From positions 1-30,764 of the IMG/VR virus record IMGVR_UViG_3300041402_000456: 30,764 nt of DNA; one strand, 5' to 3'. Below are positions 25,393 through 30,764 of this stretch, piece by piece. The translations under genes and the position numbers were made by a program. The DNA is from a virus (Duplodnaviria; Caudoviricetes). The notes beneath the pieces are model-generated. The model was given only the letters and a program-made list of their open reading frames with translations, did not search any database and had not been told where the DNA came from. Numbering within the stretch: the first letter of the stretch is position 1; each line of letters starts with the position of its first letter.

Positions 25393-25783
25393 ATGGAAGA
25401 ACTTTATGAATGTTCCAATCGAGGATATTCCCAAGGATGAAGAATATCAACATTGCAACTTCTCTCAAAAGACTTGTGTTCACGATGGCGGAACTGTAAA
25501 AGGTCATCGGTTATTTCCGGGCGATGACACACCAAGAACTTTTATCAGATGTAATATGTGTAATTGTGAGCTTCCGGGCGGAAGCACTTGCGTTCAGTGT
25601 AATGGAGCAATTAAAGATTTTGCCGTTTTGGATAGTACGGAAAAAATTGAAATCGGTGGGATTGAGATAGAGCAAAACGACTATGTTGACATATTGTATG
25701 GTCGGTTTCGTGACGGGGTTTATGATTATAAATCAACTCCACAGAAAATTCCTATCAAGATAAAACATTCAGGAGAGAAATAA
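25385..25783 (+). CDS. Cys-rich hypothetical protein (CNFSQ...TFIRCNMCNC)
   Basis: ORF track; SD GGGGG. Confidence 0.7.
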   Translation: MIEWKNFMNVPIEDIPKDEEYQHCNFSQKTCVHDGGTVKGHRLFPGDDTPRTFIRCNMCNCELPGGSTCVQCNGAIKDFAVLDSTEKIEIGGIEIEQNDYVDILYGRFRDGVYDYKSTPQKIPIKIKHSGEK

Positions 25784-26841
25784 TGGTTGCTCCATATTAT
25801 GTAACACACGATGCGGGCGGTGGCGGAATTGGTACAGAAGGAGACCCCTTTACTCTTGCTGAGGCTTGTGATGCAGTTGCAGCAGGAGAGACTGTTTATG
25901 TCAAGGCTTCTGGTGCTTATAATGTCCAAGATGGGGCGACTGGTTCTGTTTTTAATCCATCGACTGCGGGAACGATAACTACACCTGTTCTTTGGCAGGG
26001 TTACAAGACAACAATAAATGATGGCGGTATTGTTGAGATTGATGCCGATACTAACAATTTGGATTATGGACTAAGGGCGTCTGCTAATTCTATTCACTAT
26101 CAAGTATTTAAGAACTTTGAATTTTGGGGGGCGAACAACGAAGGTGCTTCGAGTGCGGCCTCGGATTATTGGGTATATAAGAATTGTTCTTCTCATAATA
26201 ACGGAGGGGGTGGTTTTTCAGGAGACAATTACAACAAATACGAAAATTGTATTTCTTATACTAATACAACGTATGCCTTTGATGGTGATATTTATCAGAT
26301 GTTTGTAAGTTGTGTTGCTCATGGGAGTACGTTTGCTTTTTCGTGCAATGATGGAATAGCTTATAAGTGCCTTGGCTTTGATAATTCAGATGATTTCTTA
26401 TTTGGTAACGGTTCGGCAAGATATACAGGTTGTTTGGGTTGTACCACAGATGGAGAAAATGCACAAGTAGCTATTGATTTCGATAATGGGGCAGATTCTT
26501 TTGTTCTTCTGGCTTACAACAATATCTTTCGGGATTGTACTGACGGTATAGTTGTCGAAACTGACAGCGGTGAACTTCAAACTATAGGTAGAAATTTATA
26601 TGATGTGGTAGATAACGATAACACTAATTGCCTTGGTAAAAGTGCGGGTACTGGTAGTGATGGTACAAGGGGCGATATAGTAAATGCAGGAGGCGATGCG
26701 AATTTATTTAATAACGAGGCCGGTGACGATTATTCTCTCCATACAGATTCTACCGCCAGAAACAAAGGCCTTGATGGTCATTATACAGTAGCTTTTTGGG
26801 CTGAATATAACGAAGGGGCGGAAAATCCTCCGACGGAATAA
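25783..26841 (+). CDS. right-handed beta-helix (tailspike/pectin-lyase-like) protein
   Basis: YYVT...G.GT..DPFTL.EA...V.AGETVYVK cap; NC/SC ladder rungs; NLF...GDDYSL...S.A...G C-terminal motif. Confidence 0.75.
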   Translation: MVAPYYVTHDAGGGGIGTEGDPFTLAEACDAVAAGETVYVKASGAYNVQDGATGSVFNPSTAGTITTPVLWQGYKTTINDGGIVEIDADTNNLDYGLRASANSIHYQVFKNFEFWGANNEGASSAASDYWVYKNCSSHNNGGGGFSGDNYNKYENCISYTNTTYAFDGDIYQMFVSCVAHGSTFAFSCNDGIAYKCLGFDNSDDFLFGNGSARYTGCLGCTTDGENAQVAIDFDNGADSFVLLAYNNIFRDCTDGIVVETDSGELQTIGRNLYDVVDNDNTNCLGKSAGTGSDGTRGDIVNAGGDANLFNNEAGDDYSLHTDSTARNKGLDGHYTVAFWAEYNEGAENPPTE

Positions 26842-27728
26842 TGGCTTGGAATACTTTAGATATTGGCGCTCAGCAACAAGGGACGGCTTGGAATACGTTA
26901 GATATTGGGGCACAACAAGGTGTTCCGGCTGTTACAACCACCACAACAACCACGACTACCACCACAACAACCACGACTACCACCACAACCACCACAACTA
27001 CAACGACTACAACGACTACAACGACAACAACGACTACCACAACAACCACGACTACGACCACAACGACCACGACTACAACTACCACAACCACCACAACTAC
27101 TACGACTACCACCACCACGACTCCTGCTCCGCCAATAGCTACAACTGCTTTGCATATCTATTCTGATATAGCAATAGAGCCTAATCACGTTACCGATAAC
27201 TCCAAAAGCGTATTGATAAAAGATGGCCTTGAAGTGCAAGGTAATAGTTGGATAGGTGGGGTGACTAATTATACTAAGATTGATACTAATGGCGATATTA
27301 CTCAGGTTGGCAGTGGACGGATGCTCGAATCACTTAAATATAAACTCACTCCAATCGGTGGCTTTGCAGTAGCATTAACAAATAATACCGGAACTAATAG
27401 TATCGAAGGGCAATTGGTAGAAGCAGATGATACAGACGAGAACTCATACAAGAAAGCCGACGCGAATGCCCTTGATGTTATCGGTATAGTTTATAATGCA
27501 GGCGTGGCAGATGGTTCAGAAGTATGGATTGTATTTGGTGGCATAGCCGAGGTGCTTTTGGATGCCGGTGGATGTGTCCACCATGATAGATTGGTATCTT
27601 CTGCTACTGCTGGCAGTGCAGATGTAAGTAATAGTCCATCTACAGCCGTACATTTTAGAGAAATAGGCCATGCAATAGAAACAGTTGTTGGCGCAGGATT
27701 GGCTAAAGCTATATTACATTTTTTATAG
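26841..27728 (+). CDS. putative virion protein with duplicated AWNTLDIGAQQ, a 63-Thr homopolymer and a C-terminal DUF2190/cement-like domain
   Basis: Thr run at codons 32-94; C-terminal NNTG...GQLV...VIGIV...V.DG..VWI...G.A.VL...IGHA pattern. Confidence 0.75.
   Translation: MAWNTLDIGAQQQGTAWNTLDIGAQQGVPAVTTTTTTTTTTTTTTTTTTTTTTTTTTTTTTTTTTTTTTTTTTTTTTTTTTTTTTTTTTTTTTTPAPPIATTALHIYSDIAIEPNHVTDNSKSVLIKDGLEVQGNSWIGGVTNYTKIDTNGDITQVGSGRMLESLKYKLTPIGGFAVALTNNTGTNSIEGQLVEADDTDENSYKKADANALDVIGIVYNAGVADGSEVWIVFGGIAEVLLDAGGCVHHDRLVSSATAGSADVSNSPSTAVHFREIGHAIETVVGAGLAKAILHFL
26934..27122 (+). repeat. 63 consecutive ACN codons (poly-Thr)
   Basis: All four Thr codons are interspersed; counted from the sequence. 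Confidence 0.95.
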
Positions 27729-27732
27729 AATT

Positions 27733-28179
27733 ATGTCTAACTTCGATGACTTAAAGTTTGTTTTAATTAACAACCCAGGCACATCGCCGGATATTATTGA
27801 TATGGTCTTTCGGCGAATACCGAGGGAGCTATTCGAGCAGGTTAAGGACGTGGAGTTCAATATTGACTTTTTGTATCGAGCGCCATCGAGTTTTATAGGT
27901 AACGTAAACACGCGATTTTATGTTCTTACGGATGATGAAGATAAAATTAAAGGAATCCTGTGGGCATATATAAATTTGCTTACGGAATCCATCGACGTTC
28001 ATATTTTAAGCATTGACAAGGAGTATCAATTTAGCGATGCTATTGAAAAGACTCTTGAATTTATTAAGTCTTGGCAAGGCGAAAACGAGAATCTAAAAAT
28101 AAGGATTATAACAGCAAGACCGCACGCTTACGAAAAGTTAGGTTTTGTTAAATCTAAACGAATACTTTTGGAGATTTAA
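27733..28179 (+). CDS. GNAT-fold acetyltransferase-like protein
   Basis: IKGILWA, VHILSIDKEYQ and HAYEKLGF motifs; usual position before podoviral ejection genes. Confidence 0.7.
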   Translation: MSNFDDLKFVLINNPGTSPDIIDMVFRRIPRELFEQVKDVEFNIDFLYRAPSSFIGNVNTRFYVLTDDEDKIKGILWAYINLLTESIDVHILSIDKEYQFSDAIEKTLEFIKSWQGENENLKIRIITARPHAYEKLGFVKSKRILLEI

Positions 28180-28181
28180 CA

Positions 28182-29150
28182 ATGAGCGACTTATTCGGCG
28201 GCGGCGAAACAAAAATAAGAAACGTATCAACTCTATTGCCTGGGCAAAGGAATTTACTTGACTTAATAACAGGTCAATTGGCTTCCCAATTTCAAGGCGG
28301 CCAGCTACAGGGCTTAACACCATTTCAGGGGATAAGACCAGGCGAAGTACCTTTCGGGCCTTTGCAACAGCAAGGTTTTGGTTTGGCTGGCGGGCTTGCC
28401 CCTGGTATCGGCGCTGGTCTTGATTTGTTCGGACAGACATTAGGCCAATTTGACCCGACTCAAGGTCAAGGATTTTTAGGCCAAGCCCAAGGTGCATTAC
28501 AGCAGGGATTGGGCTTTGACCCGACACAAGACATCCTGCGGGCGTTTGAACCTTCCAGACAGCTTGCCTTGAGGGGTTTTGAGCAGGACATAGTACCAAG
28601 CCTTTTGGAGCGGTTTGGGGCCACCAGCGGGCCATCAGGCCCCTTAAATCGAGCGTTAGCAGAGGCAGGTGCCGATCTGGAACTGGGATTAAGCGCTCAG
28701 ACCGCGCCGTTCATAGGCCAAGCCGCCTTACAACGGCCAGGATTGCAGTTTGCAGGCGCTGGCTTAGGAGGTCAATTAGCTGGCGTACCAGGCCAGTTGG
28801 CAGGACAGGGACTTGGCATAGGTGGTGGCGCAACAGATATATTAAGTCAATTACTCAATATCGGGGGATTGCAACAGCAATTGCCAAGAGGCATAGCTGG
28901 CGCAGAACAGGCAAGATTCTTAGAGGCACAACCTTTTGCTAACCAATTATTTAACCAGTTACTTGGCCCTGGATTGGGTACTCAAGCGTTTCAAGCTGTA
29001 GGACAGCAACAAGGGCCAGGCCTTGCGAGTGCATTGCTACCTGCGTTGGGTACTTTCGGTGGCGGAGCGGCGGCGGGCTTCTTCGGCAATCCTGCAAACG
29101 TAGGCGCGGGATTATTTGGCCAAGGGGGCTTTTTTGGCACATTATTTTAA
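28182..29150 (+). CDS. Gly/Gln/Leu-rich internal virion (ejection) protein
   Basis: MSDLFGG start, low complexity, position after the GNAT gene. Confidence 0.7.
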   Translation: MSDLFGGGETKIRNVSTLLPGQRNLLDLITGQLASQFQGGQLQGLTPFQGIRPGEVPFGPLQQQGFGLAGGLAPGIGAGLDLFGQTLGQFDPTQGQGFLGQAQGALQQGLGFDPTQDILRAFEPSRQLALRGFEQDIVPSLLERFGATSGPSGPLNRALAEAGADLELGLSAQTAPFIGQAALQRPGLQFAGAGLGGQLAGVPGQLAGQGLGIGGGATDILSQLLNIGGLQQQLPRGIAGAEQARFLEAQPFANQLFNQLLGPGLGTQAFQAVGQQQGPGLASALLPALGTFGGGAAAGFFGNPANVGAGLFGQGGFFGTLF

Positions 29151-29160
29151 GAGGTGAATT

Positions 29161-30213
29161 ATGGCAAATGGAATAACAGTATTTCCGGCAGTAAATAGAT
29201 TCGCGGGACTTCAGCAAGGCTTGGAACGTTTTGCTCAAGGCGTTGTTTCAGGGCAGACACAAGGTAGACAGAATTTAGATATACAGTCGTTCCTACAATC
29301 ATTGCAGGCGGGAACTCCTTTTGCGCCTCGAACTCCGGCAGGCGGACAACTTGCCGCTCAATTTGCTCTTGCGCAGGCTGCCAGAACGCCACAGGGTTTC
29401 ACATTAGGTCCTGGCCAACAAAGATTCGGCCCAACTGGTCAACCTGTAGCACAAGTACCGGCGGCGCCTCCAACCAGACCTCAATTACAAGCACGAAGAA
29501 TTTTAGAACTTCAGGCAAAAGAGCGGGCGGGCGTTATCACAGAACCAGAAAAAGCAAGTCTTAAAACTTTATTAGAAGGCGCAGCGCAAGTTCAGGTTTT
29601 TACGGGCGATGTGGCAAAGACTACGAGAGCTAAATTAGAGCAAGATATTATAGGTCTTAATGATACTATAGCAACTTTGGAAGATATAGGCGTAAATTTT
29701 GAGCCTGCTTTTCAAACATTTGCTGGGAAAGTAAGAGCGGGTGGCGAGGCATTTTTAGAAAGAGTGTTTAGGGTTCCACCAGCTAAAACAGAAGCTTTTC
29801 TTAAATCTATCGGAATAACAAAAGAAAGTGACCCTACATTTCTGGAACGTTTAACAACTTTTGAAACAACAGCTTATGAAAGATTAAATCAAGCTATAAA
29901 AGAGATAACCGGCGTAGCGGTTCGGCCTGAAGAACGGCCTCGAATAGCAAAGCAGACCGTTGACCCCGCAGAAGATTCACCAACACAATTTAAAGCGAAA
30001 CGAAAAGAGGCTTTACGTATAGCAAATCAGATGAAAAAACGAAGATTAGTTGTCTTAGTCAGAGGACAACTACCAACAAGAGAAAATCTTAGAAGGATAG
30101 ACTTACTTAAAGTGGATAAAATATTTGAAAGAGAAATTGGTACTTTTATATCCCAGCCTAAAGCAATAAATCAAAACAAAATTGATGCCGCTGGAAAAGA
30201 ATTTGGATTTTGA
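29161..30213 (+). CDS. internal virion (ejection) protein
   Basis: FTLGPGQQRFGPTGQPVA motif, helical C-terminus, gene position; SD GAGGT. Confidence 0.65.
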   Translation: MANGITVFPAVNRFAGLQQGLERFAQGVVSGQTQGRQNLDIQSFLQSLQAGTPFAPRTPAGGQLAAQFALAQAARTPQGFTLGPGQQRFGPTGQPVAQVPAAPPTRPQLQARRILELQAKERAGVITEPEKASLKTLLEGAAQVQVFTGDVAKTTRAKLEQDIIGLNDTIATLEDIGVNFEPAFQTFAGKVRAGGEAFLERVFRVPPAKTEAFLKSIGITKESDPTFLERLTTFETTAYERLNQAIKEITGVAVRPEERPRIAKQTVDPAEDSPTQFKAKRKEALRIANQMKKRRLVVLVRGQLPTRENLRRIDLLKVDKIFEREIGTFISQPKAINQNKIDAAGKEFGF

Positions 30214-30215
30214 TT

Positions 30216-30764
30216 ATGGCTAAAAAGTGGAATGAAATACAAGATAGCAATACATATAAAGCATTAAATCCACAAGAGCAAGTTGCTTTGCAACGAAGAT
30301 ATTTTGATAATGTAATTTTCAAAAGTGATACATTCAAAAATCTAAGTCTAACAGAACAATCTACTCTTAAAACTAAATTCTTTTCGCAAGGCGCAACTGG
30401 CCGTCAACAGCAGCAAAATGCCACTGATATAGAATTGATTGGCCAGCTTGAAGGAGCTTTGCCATTATCGCAAGGAAAACGCCCAGGCTTAGTACCGCCA
30501 GCAGCTCTTGCTCATCCTAAGAATGTTCAAAGACAAAAAGCTTTTGATGCTTTAATTGCACAAGGCAAGACACCGGAACAAATAAAACTTATCTTGGATG
30601 TAAACAGAAAAGTTGAAATCCCATCAATATTAGGAAGAACTGCTGGGGGGATTATAGGTTCGTTAGCAGCGCCAGCAGCACTTAACTTGATACCTGGCTT
30701 TGCCGCTTTGCCGGAGGAAGCTATAACTATTCCATTGGCATTGGCAAAAGCTGCAAGAACAGCA
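30216..30764 (+). CDS. DNA-transfer/ejection protein (N-terminus like P22-family DNA-transfer proteins), runs off the window edge
   Basis: Translated by hand: MAKKWNEIQDSNTYKALNPQEQVALQRRYFDNVI; open to the end of the window. Confidence 0.7.
   Translation, partial: MAKKWNEIQDSNTYKALNPQEQVALQRRYFDNVIFKSDTFKNLSLTEQSTLKTKFFSQGATGRQQQQNATDIELIGQLEGALPLSQGKRPGLVPPAALAHPKNVQRQKAFDALIAQGKTPEQIKLILDVNRKVEIPSILGRTAGGIIGSLAAPAALNLIPGFAALPEEAITIPLALAKAARTA

Noticed and set aside
26841-26921. DGR template/variable repeat pair
   Set aside because: The copies are short and adjacent, differ at synonymous positions not limited to adenines, and no reverse transcriptase is present.
26846-27239. Poly-Val, His/Asn-rich, Gln/Pro-rich and Gly/Cys/Arg-rich ORFs over the Thr tract
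   Set aside because: They are alternative frames of the ACN repeat. Only the Thr frame continues into a globular domain and is coupled to the upstream gene.
14318-28635. Long minus-strand ORFs in the structural region (14318..14959, 19678..20163, 28138..28635 and others)
   Set aside because: They are antisense to well-supported genes and have no recognisable motifs.
1-30764. Stop-codon reassignment
   Set aside because: Large genes are intact in the standard code, and TAA, TGA and TAG all end genes at sensible boundaries.

Overview
This window is part of a tailed dsDNA phage or prophage with podovirus-like (P22/N4-type) morphogenesis genes. Positions 1-3210 carry a leftward early or accessory transcript with many small ORFs, an HNH-AP2 endonuclease, two atypical tRNA-like RNAs and two copies of a covarying leader-ORF/hairpin element. 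After a divergent promoter region (about 3210-3380), the rightward arm runs: third tRNA-shaped RNA, small ORFs, HNH, TerS, TerL, portal, scaffold, N4-gp56-type major capsid, head accessory proteins, a GroES-like protein, connector, tail proteins, a GNAT and three ejection proteins. The main candidate for a new system is a cassette in the tail module (23850-27728). It pairs a glycosyltransferase with polypeptide GalNAc-transferase (GT27-like) motifs, fused to a SAM methyltransferase, with a putative virion protein carrying 63 consecutive Thr. This suggests phage-encoded mucin-type O-glycosylation of the virion. All family calls come from motifs recognised by eye; no searches were run.
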